Notes: generated by a model not told the origin, from the letters alone. A DNA stretch of 64,000 nucleotides from an uncultured delta proteobacterium (GCA_963843145.1 CAWJJC010000022.1:320001-384000), one strand, 5' to 3'; positions 42,318 to 53,358 are shown, numbered from the stretch's first letter. Numbers and translations: made by a program.

Positions 42318-45142
42318 CCGAGATTTTTGTCAAAGGGGCCCGGGAACACAACCTGAAAAATATCGACGTGGCCATCCCCCGGGAGAAATTGGTGGTGATT
42401 ACCGGCCTTTCCGGTTCAGGCAAGTCGACCCTGGCTTTCGATACCATTTACGCGGAGGGCCAGCGGCGCTACGTGGAATCCCTGTCGGCCTATGCCCGCC
42501 AGTTTCTGGAGCAGATGGACAAGCCGGACGTGGATTTCATCGAAGGGCTCTCCCCGGCCATCTCCATCGAACAGAAAACCACCAGCAAGAACCCCCGCTC
42601 CACCGTGGGAACCATCACCGAAATCTATGATTACCTGCGGGTCCTCTTTGCCCGGATCGGCGAGCCTTACTGTTACCAATGCGGCCAAAGAATTTCTTCT
42701 CAATCGGTGCAGGAAATTGTGGACCAGTTGTTGTCCCTGCCCGAGGGAGCACGCCTGCAATTGTTGGCTCCCCTGGTGACCGGACGGAAGGGAGAACATC
42801 AGCGCCTTTTTGACCAGCTCAAGAAAGAGGGGTTTGTTCGGGTCCGGGTCAACGGAGAATTCCGGGAACTGGAAGAGGAAATCCGGCTGGATAAAAAAAA
42901 GAAGCACACCATCGAGGCGGTGGTGGATCGGCTGATCGTCAAGCCGGGGCTCAAGTCTCGTTTGACCGACTCGGTGGAACTGGCCTTGAAGCTCTCCCAG
43001 GGGTTTCTTCGGGTGGTCGGCGGTGACGGCTCGGAGAGCCTGTTCAGCGAACGTTTTTCCTGTGACCGCTGCGACCTCAGCCTCCCGGAACTTACCCCGC
43101 AACTGTTTTCTTTTAATAACCCCCAGGGGGCCTGCCCGACCTGCGACGGGCTGGGGACCAAGATGTATTTCGACCCGGAGCTGATCGTCCCCAACCCAAC
43201 CCTTTCCCTGCGCGAAGGGGCCATCCTGCCCTGGGAGAATCGAACCTCCCTCTATTTCCAGCAGACCCTGGAAGCCCTGATGAGTCATTACCACTTCGAT
43301 CTGTATACCCGCTTCAAGGACCTGCCCTCGCGGATCCAGGATGTTCTCCTTCACGGATCGGGAAACGAAATCGTTCGCTTTCATTTTGAGAAGGAGGGGA
43401 GACGCCATTTCTTCGAGCGTCCCTTTGAAGGCGTCATCCCCAATCTGGACCGGCGCTACCGGGAAACGGATTCGGCCTTTATTCGGGAAGAGCTGGAGCG
43501 CTTTATGAATGTCCGCCCCTGCCCCAGTTGCGAAGGGGCCCGGTTGAAAAAGGAGAGCCTGGCCGTAAAAATATCCGGGTTGAATCTCTTTCAAGTCACC
43601 CGGCTGTCGGTGAAAGAAAGCCAAAAATGGTTTAAGCAGTTAGCGCTCACCCCCCGTCAAGCCCAGATCGCCCGGCGATTGCTGAAGGAGATCCTGGACC
43701 GTCTGGAATTCCTGGTCAACGTGGGGTTGGATTACCTGACTCTGGATCGGTCCTCGGCGACCCTATCGGGGGGAGAAGGCCAGCGCATCCGTTTGGCCAC
43801 TCAGATCGGCTCCCGGTTAATGGGCGTCCTGTATATCCTGGACGAGCCCAGCATCGGACTGCACCAACGGGATAACCTTCGGTTGTTGGAAACGTTGAAA
43901 ACCTTGCGGGATTTGGGCAACACCGTCCTGGTGGTGGAGCATGACGCCGAAACCATCCGAGCGGCGGACTACGTGATCGATATGGGCCCAGGGGCCGGGG
44001 AGCAGGGAGGAGAAGTCGTTTTCAGCGGTCCACCGGAACAACTGGTCCGGCAGGCCGAGTCATTGACCGGGAAGTACCTCTCCGGACGACTCCGGATTGA
44101 AATACCCCCAGCCCGCCGCCGGGGAGACCATGGCCGGATTCAACTCCGGGGGGCTTCCGAAAATAACTTAAAAAATATTAAGGTTTCGATCCCCTTGGGC
44201 GTCTTTACCTGTGTCACCGGCGTTTCCGGGTCCGGAAAGAGCACGCTGGTTATCGACACCCTATACCGGTTGATGGCGCAACGGCTCTACCGGGCCAAAG
44301 AGCGGGCCGGAAAGGTGGATCGCGTTATCGGAGTCGAATTGATCGATAAGGTCATCAACATTGACCAGTCCCCCATCGGTCGCACCCCCAGGTCCAACCC
44401 GGCCACGTACACCGGTTTATTCACTTTTATCCGGGACCTGTTTGCCCGCACCCCGGAAGCCCGGGCCCGGGGATATAAGCCGGGCCGGTTCAGCTTCAAT
44501 GTCCGGGGCGGGCGCTGTCCGGCCTGCAACGGCGACGGCTTGATGAAAATCGAAATGCATTTCCTGCCGGATGTCTATGTGACCTGCGAGGTCTGCCAGG
44601 GAAGTCGTTATAATCGGGATACCCTGGAAATCCAGTATAAGGGCCGGGATATCGCCCGGGTACTGGAAATGACCGTGGATCAGGCCGTGGGTTTTTTTGA
44701 AGCGATCCCGGCGGTCCGGGAAAAACTGGAGACCCTCAGTCAGGTCGGCCTGGGGTATATCCGCTTGGGACAGGCGGCCACCACCCTTTCGGGCGGGGAG
44801 GCCCAACGGATCAAGCTGTCCCGGGAACTGAGCAAGCGCCACACGGGGCGGACCCTTTATATTCTGGATGAGCCGACCACGGGCTTGCATTTTGCCGATG
44901 TACAAAAATTGCTGGAGGTTTTGAAACGCCTGGTGGACCTGGGCAATACGGTGGTCGTCATTGAACATAATTTAGACGTCATCAAGACCGCCGATTACAT
45001 TATCGATCTGGGGCCGGAAGGGGGGGATGCCGGAGGGGAGGTCATCGGGTGCGGGACACCTGAAGAGCTGGCGGCCCTGCCCCAATCCTTTACCGGGCAG
45101 TTTTTAAAGCAGGTGCTTGGAAATCCAGGGTTTGTCGTTTAG
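42308..45142 (+). CDS. uvrA: Excinuclease ABC subunit A
   Basis: GAREHNLKN, two Walker A motifs ([16 protein letters not shown]), two LSGGE signatures and Zn fingers. Confidence 0.99.
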
Positions 45143-45793
45143 CCCGGGATTCCGGCCGGAACCCGTCAGGTGGCTTAAACGGTAGGCCAAACGGTCCAGC
45201 TTCACCGTGAAGTCAATATGATGGACCAGGAAGCCCTCAGGCAGATGCAGTTGAGCGGGGGAAAAGTTCAAAATCCCGTGGATCGGAACCTCGACGATTT
45301 GGTTGACGACTTCCTGAGCTTTGGAGGCCGGGGTGGCGATTATTGCGACTTCCACCTCTTTTTCCAAGGACTCTTTTTTTAAGGCGCTCATGGGCGCGAT
45401 GGTGATACCCCCCGGCAAAATTCGGCCGATCTTTTCGGGGTCCACATCAAAGGCGGCCACAAACCGATAGCCCTGCCTGGCGAAATTGGAATGGGCGATT
45501 AAGGCGCAACCCAGATTCCCCATGCCAACAATGGCCAGGTTCCATTCTTTGTTTAACCCTAAGATCCTTCTGATTTCAAACAGCAGTTCTCTGACAAAAT
45601 AGCCAACGCCCCGAACGCCGAATTCTCCAAAGTAAGCGAGATCTTTACGAATTTGAGCCGAATTGACTTCACAGTATTCGGCCAACTTTTCCGAAGAGAT
45701 GACTTTAATCTTTTGGGCATCCAGTTCTTCCAGCGCCCGGGTGTACCGTGAAAGGCGGGTAATGGCCGCCGCTGGAATCCTGGAAAATTTCAT
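45104..45793 (-). CDS. rex: Redox-sensing transcriptional repressor Rex
   Basis: [30 protein letters not shown] and GILNF motifs. Confidence 0.96.
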   Translation of the reverse strand: MKFSRIPAAAITRLSRYTRALEELDAQKIKVISSEKLAEYCEVNSAQIRKDLAYFGEFGVRGVGYFVRELLFEIRRILGLNKEWNLAIVGMGNLGCALIAHSNFARQGYRFVAAFDVDPEKIGRILPGGITIAPMSALKKESLEKEVEVAIIATPASKAQEVVNQIVEVPIHGILNFSPAQLHLPEGFLVHHIDFTVKLDRLAYRLSHLTGSGRNPGLNDKPWISKHLL

Positions 45794-45813
45794 CGGGTGA
45801 TCCCTTTTAGGTT

Positions 45814-45831
45814 ATGTGAATAGTGGCACAT
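45814..45831. promoter_or_regulatory. Candidate Rex operator upstream of rex
   Basis: ATGTGAATAGTGGCACAT is an 18-bp imperfect palindrome resembling TTGTGAA-N4-TTCACAA. Confidence 0.55.
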
Positions 45832-45841
45832 GAATTGACCT

Positions 45842-45878
45842 AAAAAAGGGGTTATTGGGTATTGGCCAATAACCCCTT
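45842..45878 (-). terminator. Intrinsic terminator after atpE
   Basis: AAGGGGTTATTGG/CCAATAACCCCTT inverted repeat with a U-tract on the minus strand. Confidence 0.8.
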
Positions 45879-45892
45879 GCAAATCAAAAAGG

Positions 45893-46261
45893 TTACATGG
45901 GGAGGCCAATCATCTTAGCGATCGGCGTCGCCATCGGGTACGCGTAGAGCAGGATCAGGGACACGACCAGAGCGTAAATAGCCAGAGACTCGATCATGGC
46001 CAGACCGATCAGCATGGTTACGGTGATCTTCCCGGAAGCTTCCGGGTTCCGAGCCACGCCTTCCACGGCGCCCCTGAGTCCGAGACCTTGGCCGATACCT
46101 GTTCCCAGGGCGGCGATCCCAATCGCCAAACCGGCTGCCAGGACAACGCCGAAATAGACGTTCAACCCGGCGGCGGCTACCTGCGGATTAGCCTCGGCAA
46201 AGGCCACGGCCACCATGCTCAGCAGAGCTATCGCGGTTAATACCAACACTTTTCTTACCAT
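45893..46261 (-). CDS. atpE: ATP synthase Fo subunit c with N-terminal leader
   Basis: GTGIGQG, ARNPEA and [11 protein letters not shown] motifs. Confidence 0.96.
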   Translation of the reverse strand: MVRKVLVLTAIALLSMVAVAFAEANPQVAAAGLNVYFGVVLAAGLAIGIAALGTGIGQGLGLRGAVEGVARNPEASGKITVTMLIGLAMIESLAIYALVVSLILLYAYPMATPIAKMIGLPM

Positions 46262-46307
46262 AGAACCATCCTCCTTTCTATAAGATATGCCTTCTTCCTT
46301 TTGTCGG

Positions 46308-46997
46308 TTAATGGGCGTGTTCCATGGCTCCCGAGATATAGAGCATGGACAGCAGGGAAAAGATAAAGGCCTGCACGAAGCTGGTAAATACCGCCAGAAA
46401 CATCATGGGCAGGGGAGCTAAGAATTGGCCGGCCAGCATCAGAAGAATGGCCAGGACCAGATCCTCACCCATGATATTGCCGAACAAACGCAGGGTCAGG
46501 GAGAGGACCCGCGAGAGGTGGCCGATGATTTCAATGGGGAGCATCAGCGGGGCCAACCACCAGATGGGCCCCAGGAAGTGTTTAATATACTTTGGTCCGT
46601 GAATTTTGATGCCCACGATATGGGTAGTGATGAAGACAATCAGAGCGCAGGCCAGTGTGGTATTGATGTTGGCCGTAGGAGAGAAAAATCCCGGTACCAG
46701 CCCCAACACGTTGGAGACAAATATAAAAAGAAAAAAAGTGGCGATCAGGGGGAAAAAAACCCGTCCGTCTTCACCCATAACCTCAACCTGAAAATTTTCT
46801 ACCCCGTCGATCACCGCTTCAAACAGATTCTGGCCGCCGTAGGGGACTAATTGGATGGTCTTGGTAGCGATCCAGCCGAAAACAATCATGAGCAGCATGA
46901 TCAGCCAGGTGAAGGTAACATGCGGGTAGGCGTGGGCAAAATGGCCTAACCCTAAGACCTCCAAAAGCTTGGTCAGGAAAAAAATCGGGTGTTCCAT
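46308..46997 (-). CDS. atpB: ATP synthase Fo subunit a
   Basis: [10 protein letters not shown] and [15 protein letters not shown] motifs. Confidence 0.97.
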   Translation of the reverse strand: MEHPIFFLTKLLEVLGLGHFAHAYPHVTFTWLIMLLMIVFGWIATKTIQLVPYGGQNLFEAVIDGVENFQVEVMGEDGRVFFPLIATFFLFIFVSNVLGLVPGFFSPTANINTTLACALIVFITTHIVGIKIHGPKYIKHFLGPIWWLAPLMLPIEIIGHLSRVLSLTLRLFGNIMGEDLVLAILLMLAGQFLAPLPMMFLAVFTSFVQAFIFSLLSMLYISGAMEHAH

Positions 46998-47001
46998 AAA
47001 A

Positions 47002-47412
47002 TTAATTGGCCTCCTTGAAAAGGATTTTCCTCATCTCGTTGCACCCTACCAGGGTAAGATTGATGACGACTACCGACAGTCCCAGGATCAGCCCGAAGGG
47101 ATTCACCAGCCGGTAGGCAATCAGGATGTAAAGAACCAGCGCGGTCCCCAATAGCCGTAAATAATATTTAACGATAACCGCCATGGGAGTGGTCAGTTGC
47201 CCGGGGGTTAGGCCTGATTTCAGCACCCGGGATAACAGGTGAAAATTAATGAGAATGACCAATCCACCGGCCATGACTCCCAGGGTAAAACGCCACGGCC
47301 ATAACCAAAGGCTGGCTCCGATCATGGAAATCCAGACCGCGGCGTTCATCATCCGGATTTTTTGTAACAACGGGTCGGTATCGTTTCCTTTTATTCTATC
47401 GAATAAATCCAT
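47002..47412 (-). CDS. atpI: ATP synthase subunit I
   Basis: Four hydrophobic helices with KYYLRL; located before atpB. Confidence 0.85.
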   Translation of the reverse strand: MDLFDRIKGNDTDPLLQKIRMMNAAVWISMIGASLWLWPWRFTLGVMAGGLVILINFHLLSRVLKSGLTPGQLTTPMAVIVKYYLRLLGTALVLYILIAYRLVNPFGLILGLSVVVINLTLVGCNEMRKILFKEAN

Positions 47413-47446
47413 AGATCGATAAAAAGAGGGCCTGCCGGGAAGGCCT

Positions 47447-47668
47447 TCAAATCTTGTCCTGGGTTTTTTTCAGAATGATCAAGATATTCTTAAACCCGGC
47501 GACGATCCCGAAAAGCAAAAAAATAAAAAAGAACACGGGTTGGGTTTGAAGCCACTTATCTAAATAGTATCCGATCGCCAGCCCGATTACCAGCGACAGC
47601 CCCATGGAAATACCCATGGAACTGACCATGGCTAATAAACGAAAATATTTTCGGGTCTCCTCCTGCAC
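47447..47668 (-). CDS. atpZ: AtpZ/AtpI-family small membrane protein
   Basis: IGYYLDKWLQTQP and FGIVAGFKN motifs. Confidence 0.85.
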   Translation of the reverse strand: MQEETRKYFRLLAMVSSMGISMGLSLVIGLAIGYYLDKWLQTQPVFFFIFLLFGIVAGFKNILIILKKTQDKI

Positions 47669-47917
47669 TAACCCCTATGCGGTGCGGCAAAAAGACCAAT
47701 TATATTATTAATTTGTTGAATTAGTTTAATAATTTAAAGACAGTCCAAAAATTTTGATACCTTTACCATGGGTGGTAGGCAAAGTCAACTTTTTTTTAAG
47801 ATCCGGGAGACATTTTGGGGGTGAATTTCTGGATGAAAATTACCAGGGCGACCAGGCCCAATCCGACGGCATCAAAGATCCAGGAGGAGTAAACCGGCAT
47901 CAACCCGCCGGCCGGTC

Positions 47918-48349
47918 TTATAAGGGCCAGAGGAGAGTCGCGCGGATACAGCCTCCTTGCTCATGGTACACTTTTCCACCCAGAGTCAAGGTTATCCCCA
48001 CCTCGGAGCAATATTGGATTATCCGGGTCCTTTCTTTCAACAGTTGTTCATTCCAGGCGTATACTCCTGCCGTATAATATTCTTCGGTCCCGGGATCCGT
48101 GCGCACCGAAAAGTCGGAGAAATACCAGGGCATTTTAAAACGGATGACTACCGGCCGCCCGGTAACCGAGTTGATGAATTCGACACTTCCTTTTTGCCAG
48201 GCCCAGATCCGAAGGATGCCGGAGCCGTGGTCCCCGGCGATCTTAACTACCCGGATAAATCCCGCCGCAAATAGAAGCGCCGCCAGGATGATCGCCAGGG
48301 ACACGACTTTTAAACGTCCTCCCTCGGCTCGAAAGCCGGCAAAGATCAC
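47918..48349 (-). CDS. Hypothetical protein downstream of the TRAP-TAXI genes (possibly DUF1850-like)
   Basis: Overlaps the TAXI gene stop codon. It has an N-terminal TM and FINSV...PV. Confidence 0.6.
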   Translation of the reverse strand: MIFAGFRAEGGRLKVVSLAIILAALLFAAGFIRVVKIAGDHGSGILRIWAWQKGSVEFINSVTGRPVVIRFKMPWYFSDFSVRTDPGTEEYYTAGVYAWNEQLLKERTRIIQYCSEVGITLTLGGKVYHEQGGCIRATLLWPL

Positions 48350-49347
48350 TTCAAGAGGCCTTTTTCCTTAAAATAGCTCAGGGACCCCGGGTCGTAGGGG
48401 ATGGTCCCGTGGACAAATTTTATGGCGTTTGTCAAGGTGTTGTCCTTGGCCGCCTTAATCGCTTTTTGTAAAAGGGGTAGGTTTTCAAACAAGGCTTTGG
48501 TGATGGCGTAAGAATATTTTTCAGGCAAACTTTTAGGTCCCATGAATAGGTTCCAGAAGGCCAGGGTATGAGTGTCCTTTTCGGTTCCGTAAACCTCCTT
48601 GGGAATCAATCCCGGTTCCATGACGCCGGGGAATTTTAGGAGCAACTTTTTGACCAATTCTCCTTTGGGGTCCAGGTCCACCATTTCGATCTTGCTTCCC
48701 TTGCGGGCCAAAGTGGTGACCAACTCGGTCACTGAACTGGTCGGGAGACCTCCGGACCAGAAATAGGCATCCAGAGTGCCTTGGGACAAGGATTCCGCCG
48801 ATTCGGAGGCGCCTAAGCGTTCTTGCTTGCCCAAATCGGTCGTTTTAAGGCCGGCTGCTTCCAGCACCATAAAGGCCTCAATTTCGGTGCCGGATCCGGG
48901 CGCCCCGGTGGAGACGCGTTTCCCCTTCAGGTCGGCTATGGTCTTGATGCCTGCCCCGTGCGCAGTGACGATATGAAGGATGTTAGGATACATGGCCCAC
49001 ATAACTCTAACTTCTTTGGCCGGCTTATCTTTGAACCGTTCAATCTTTCCGGTGTAGGCCAGGTAGGCCGAATCCGGTAGCACCAGGCCCAGATAGTAGG
49101 TGTTTTTGCTCGGGTCAGTACGACGTTGAATCAGGAGCAGGTTGTCGACCGAAGCGGCGGTCTGGATGGCGGTCGCGTCTACTCCGGCATATTTCGTCAG
49201 GATTTCAGCGACGGTCGTGCCGTAGTAATAATAAACCCCGCCGATGCCGCCGGTGGTAATCATGATTTTTGGTCTTTCTTCGGCAAAAACGGATAAACAA
49301 CCCAATCCTAAAATGACAGCAAAAACAACTCCCACGATTTTTTTCAT
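48346..49347 (-). CDS. TAXI-family TRAP transporter solute-binding protein
   Basis: Signal peptide, TGGIGGVYYYYG, TAASVDN, DLKGKRVSTGAPGSGTE and DAYFWSGGLP motifs. Confidence 0.93.
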   Translation of the reverse strand: MKKIVGVVFAVILGLGCLSVFAEERPKIMITTGGIGGVYYYYGTTVAEILTKYAGVDATAIQTAASVDNLLLIQRRTDPSKNTYYLGLVLPDSAYLAYTGKIERFKDKPAKEVRVMWAMYPNILHIVTAHGAGIKTIADLKGKRVSTGAPGSGTEIEAFMVLEAAGLKTTDLGKQERLGASESAESLSQGTLDAYFWSGGLPTSSVTELVTTLARKGSKIEMVDLDPKGELVKKLLLKFPGVMEPGLIPKEVYGTEKDTHTLAFWNLFMGPKSLPEKYSYAITKALFENLPLLQKAIKAAKDNTLTNAIKFVHGTIPYDPGSLSYFKEKGLLK

Positions 49348-49390
49348 CTTGCCCTCCTTATGTTATTTTTTCCGTTAATAAACAATCACC

Positions 49391-51514
49391 CTAAGCAAGT
49401 TCCACCGCCTCGGATTTCTTACCAAAGAAGCCGAAAAAAAACCAGGCCAAGGCCGGAAGGATGACGATATTGACCCAAAGAAAGGGTAAAAACATGCCGA
49501 CGGATAGGATCCCCAGAACCCAGGACTCCCATTTAAGCAAGGGCCTTCGGGCATAACCCACAGTGGCGGCAGCCATAGAGATCGCCCCGGCCGAAACCGC
49601 CGCCAGCCGGACGAGAAATTCGATGATCGCCTCGAGCCCCGAGGCGGTGCGCCACATGGGGATCAGGAGAAGAGCCGTGCCTTGGTAGGCCAAGATAAAA
49701 GAAAAGCCCAGCAGGTATTTGGGCAGGGCCACTTTGGCCGCGTAAAACCCGGTTTTTAAGGGATCGGTTAAAAAAACCGAAGCCGAGGCATAGGCCGAAA
49801 GGGCCACGGGTGGCGTGACGTCGGCCAGTATGGCGTAGTACATGAGGAACATATGGGTAGACAGCAGGGCCGCTTCCGCCGGGATGCCGTTGGCCATGGC
49901 CACCTTGAGGATGGCGGGAGCAGTCAGGGACGAGGAGACCACGTAAGTGGCGGTCGGCGGTATACCCATCCCTAAAAGCAGGGTGAACCCGGCTGCGAAA
50001 AAGGTGGCCAGTAGCAGGCTCTCCCCCGAAACCATGGTCAGGAGTTGGGAGAATTTGTTCGGCAGGCCGGTTAAAACCATCAGAGTCAGGATCAGGTTGG
50101 CACAGACTACGGCCGTGCCGATGGGGATCAAAGAGGAGAAACCCGTGGCCAGCCCTTTCAGCAGGACCCGCGGGCTCTTGGGGCGTATCGTGGGGTCAAG
50201 ATAGCATAAAATGACAAAGAGGACCAACGCGCAAACTACGGCCAGGCTGACCGCATAACCCCAAAAGATAAAGGCCACAATCAGAAGAATGGGCAGGAAG
50301 ATGTAACAATAGCGGCGGAAATATTTTCCTCCGTAATGCTCCCCGTCTTCTACGGGTTTCAACCCTTTCTTTTTGACATACAGATAGTTATAAGACAGGA
50401 TGGCCACAATATAGAGCAACATCGGCCCCAGCGCCATGATACAGATCCAAGAATAGGGGATGGAAAGGATTTCCACCATGATAAAGGCCATGGAGCCCAG
50501 TACGGGCGGGGTGACCATGGCAACGGTGCCCGCCGTGGCGGCGATACCGGCGGCGACATAGCGGTCATAACCGGCCTTTTCGTACATGGGTTTGCTGATG
50601 GTGGAGACGAATTGGGTATCGGCTGCACCGGAGCCGCTGAACAGGCCCATGAAGACCGAGGCAATGGTGGTCACAATTCCCGGACCATCGGCCCTTCCGC
50701 GTGAGGCCAGGGAGGCAATGTTGGCAATAATGCGGCCTAAATTCAAGGCCCCGATAACCCCCCCCAGGATGGTGAAGTAAACCAGGTATTTCATGGACAC
50801 GCCGGTAATCATGCCGAACAGGCCGGCCTCGGTCTCGCTGAAAAGTTTGCCCAAGAGAAGATCAAAGTCGAAAGAGGCGTGAGCCAGGACGCCGGTGAGC
50901 AGATTTCCATGAAGGTCGTAGAGAAGAAAAGTAAGCACCAGGCAGGGGAGGATGGCCCCGGTGTAGCGATAGACCTGGCCGAGAAGCAGGAAAGTCAGGC
51001 CGAACCCCATCACCAGGTCCCAGGGTTCCGGCAGCATGGCCCGATCGATGAGGTCATGGAACAAGATGACCAGATAGAGATAGGGGACAAATACCAGGAC
51101 GGCCCCCAGTTTGTCCACCCAGCGGCCCAATGAGGGATAAACCACCGGGAGGACGGCCGTCAGCCAGAAAACCGTGGCGATCAGGTTGAACCTCGGGCCC
51201 AAGCCGATCCGCCAAAAGGCATAGAGCGGAAAAGCGGCCATTATGGCAAAGACAAAAGCCCCGGCCCCGGCCCGCCTCTGGTCCCGAAGCGAGGAAAGAA
51301 GGTACCCGGTGATAAGCAGAAAAAAAACGTGGGTCGCCCGCTGGACCTGGGTGAGGTCCAGGAAGGAGATGGATAATTTGGAAAGAGGGGTGTAGGGATG
51401 AATCACCAGATAAAGGCTGTACAGGCTGGCGATGATCAGGAGGGGCGTGATGACCAGGCGCTTGAGTCCACCTTCTTGGATGACTTGAGATTCATCGTGC
51501 ATGTTCGCGGTCAT
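49391..51514 (-). CDS. TRAP transporter fused permease (4TM/12TM)
   Basis: SGSGAAD, TPPVLGSMAFIM, LGMGIPPTATY and DVTPPVAL motifs. The start was placed at ATG 51514 after the ligase stop. Confidence 0.92.
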   Translation of the reverse strand: MTANMHDESQVIQEGGLKRLVITPLLIIASLYSLYLVIHPYTPLSKLSISFLDLTQVQRATHVFFLLITGYLLSSLRDQRRAGAGAFVFAIMAAFPLYAFWRIGLGPRFNLIATVFWLTAVLPVVYPSLGRWVDKLGAVLVFVPYLYLVILFHDLIDRAMLPEPWDLVMGFGLTFLLLGQVYRYTGAILPCLVLTFLLYDLHGNLLTGVLAHASFDFDLLLGKLFSETEAGLFGMITGVSMKYLVYFTILGGVIGALNLGRIIANIASLASRGRADGPGIVTTIASVFMGLFSGSGAADTQFVSTISKPMYEKAGYDRYVAAGIAATAGTVAMVTPPVLGSMAFIMVEILSIPYSWICIMALGPMLLYIVAILSYNYLYVKKKGLKPVEDGEHYGGKYFRRYCYIFLPILLIVAFIFWGYAVSLAVVCALVLFVILCYLDPTIRPKSPRVLLKGLATGFSSLIPIGTAVVCANLILTLMVLTGLPNKFSQLLTMVSGESLLLATFFAAGFTLLLGMGIPPTATYVVSSSLTAPAILKVAMANGIPAEAALLSTHMFLMYYAILADVTPPVALSAYASASVFLTDPLKTGFYAAKVALPKYLLGFSFILAYQGTALLLIPMWRTASGLEAIIEFLVRLAAVSAGAISMAAATVGYARRPLLKWESWVLGILSVGMFLPFLWVNIVILPALAWFFFGFFGKKSEAVELA

Positions 51515-51521
51515 CCTTTCA

Positions 51522-53099
51522 TCAATGCACTTTTTTTTCATACCGGTCCCAAAAGGGATCTCGAAGGGCCTTTTTGAATAGCTTGCCCGATCCGGTCTTG
51601 GGCAAGAACTCAAGAAAGGTGATCGACTTGGGGGACTTGTAAGAAGCCAGGTGCTCCTTGCAGAAACGGATGATTTCTTCTTCAGTGGCTTTCTGGTTTT
51701 CCTTCAGCACCACCGCGGCGTGCACGGCCTCGCCCCATTTTTCATCGGGGACGCCGAAAACGGCCGCCTCAAGGATCTTGGGGAACTGGTAGAGCACATT
51801 TTCGACCTCAGTGGAATAGACATTTTCCCCTCCTGACAAGATCATGTCTTTTTTGCGGTCCACGATGTTGACATAACCCTCTTCATCGATAACGGCCAGA
51901 TCCCCGGTATGGAGCCAGCCGTTTTTGATGGTCTTGGAGGTTTCCTCCGGGAGCTTCCAATATCCTTTGGTAATGGTATCCCCCCGAACGATAATCTCAC
52001 CGACCTCTTGATTGTCCCGAGACACTTCTTGGCCGTTTTCCCGTACCACCTTTAGCGAGACGCCGATAAATTCCCGGCCGGTCTTGGCCTTGTATTCAAA
52101 CTGTTTTTCAGGGGGCCAGGCTTTTAAATGTTCCTTTAAAATGGAAAGGGTCAGATAGGGGCTGGTTTCGGTCATCCCATAGGTTTGAATGTAATCACAG
52201 TCAAAACCCTGCATGATCTTCCGGACCACTTCCGGGGCGATGGGGGCCCCGCCGCTTAACAAGACCCGAAGCTGGGGGAAGGAATAATCATGAAAATTCG
52301 GATAATTGATCAGCATATTGAGCATGGTGGGGATCATGTTGGTGATAGTCACCTTCTCCTGGACCATGGTGTCTAGGACCGTCTGGGGGTTGAATTCGTG
52401 AACGATAACGTGGGTTCCCCCCACCCAGGTAATGGCCCAGGTGGCCCAGGCATCGGCCAGATGGAACAGGGGGGCCACATGGATCCAGACATCCGTATCC
52501 TTAAGGTTCAACTCGGCGATAGTGCCCAGGGCATGAAGGGTGTCGTTCCGGTGGGTTAACATGACCCCCTTGGGACGACCGGTGGTCCCGCTGGTGTAAT
52601 AAATCTGAGCCACGGCATCGTCCCCCGGACCCCGGGGCTGGAGCGGATCCGCGGAGGCGGAGGCCAGCAGTCCCTCATATTCCAGATCGGTGGACCTCAT
52701 TTGGGCCCGGGGATCGATCCAGATCGTAGATTCCAGAGCGGGCGGCCGGGATTCAGGGGAAGGGGTCTTCGAGGAAAAATCGGCCTGGGCGATCAGGATC
52801 CGAGCACCCGAATCCCTTAGAATAAAATCGATCTCTTTGGCCGAAAGACGGTAATTGAGGGGGACCAGAATGGTGTTGATGAGCGCCGTGGCAAAATAGG
52901 CTTCCAGGAAAGTATGGCAATTGTATTGTAAAATGGCCACCCGGTCGCCTTCCCGCAGACCTTTTTCGGTCAGGGATCGGGCCAGTCGATAGACCCTTTG
53001 CCCGAACTCCCGGTAGGTAAAGGCGCCCCTCGGGCAGCGAACGGCCTGTTTCTGGGGATAGGCCTTGACGGCTTTCAGCAGCAGGTCGGCTAAGTGAAT
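51522..53099 (-). CDS. Long-chain acyl-CoA synthetase / AMP-dependent ligase
   Basis: YTSGTTGRPKG, YGMTET, WLHTGD, DRKKDMILSGGEN and PKTGSGK motifs. The frame is open 53 codons upstream of the called GTG, up to an ATT behind SD GAGGAGG. Confidence 0.93.
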   Translation of the reverse strand: MHLADLLLKAVKAYPQKQAVRCPRGAFTYREFGQRVYRLARSLTEKGLREGDRVAILQYNCHTFLEAYFATALINTILVPLNYRLSAKEIDFILRDSGARILIAQADFSSKTPSPESRPPALESTIWIDPRAQMRSTDLEYEGLLASASADPLQPRGPGDDAVAQIYYTSGTTGRPKGVMLTHRNDTLHALGTIAELNLKDTDVWIHVAPLFHLADAWATWAITWVGGTHVIVHEFNPQTVLDTMVQEKVTITNMIPTMLNMLINYPNFHDYSFPQLRVLLSGGAPIAPEVVRKIMQGFDCDYIQTYGMTETSPYLTLSILKEHLKAWPPEKQFEYKAKTGREFIGVSLKVVRENGQEVSRDNQEVGEIIVRGDTITKGYWKLPEETSKTIKNGWLHTGDLAVIDEEGYVNIVDRKKDMILSGGENVYSTEVENVLYQFPKILEAAVFGVPDEKWGEAVHAAVVLKENQKATEEEIIRFCKEHLASYKSPKSITFLEFLPKTGSGKLFKKALRDPFWDRYEKKVH

Positions 53100-53288
53100 G
53101 GCGATCCCTCCTCTATATCGGATTAACCATTCAAATATCTAATCCAGACTGGGTGAAAATTCAATAAAAAATGACGCTTCGCCCTTGATAATGCCCCCTG
53201 AGGCCCAGAGGCCTTTTCTTAGACTTACCCAAAGCGCTGGGCCGAAGGTGGCAGTGGAGGGCGCCAAAATCCGGGATCGCTCCAAATT

Positions 53289-53315
53289 AAAATCCCCCTG
53301 AGTCAGGGGGATTTT
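53289..53315 (-). terminator. Intrinsic terminator after serA
   Basis: AAAATCCCCCTGA-G-TCAGGGGGATTTT inverted repeat. Confidence 0.75.
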
Positions 53316-53358
53316 GAAGGCTCGTTTTTAGTCTTTCGAAGTTGGCTTTATTCGCTTT

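Noticed and set aside
45104-45142. Convergent 39-nt overlap of uvrA and rex
   Set aside because: Only short non-conserved tails overlap, which is common.
47700-47740. AT-rich palindrome upstream of atpZ as a Rex site
   Set aside because: It matches GTGAA-N4-TTCAC poorly.
51515-51613. N-terminal extension of the TRAP permease ORF
   Set aside because: It overlaps the ligase 3' end, and a better start with an SD exists at 51514. Similar over-extended starts were trimmed for cooC, ileS and ahbC.
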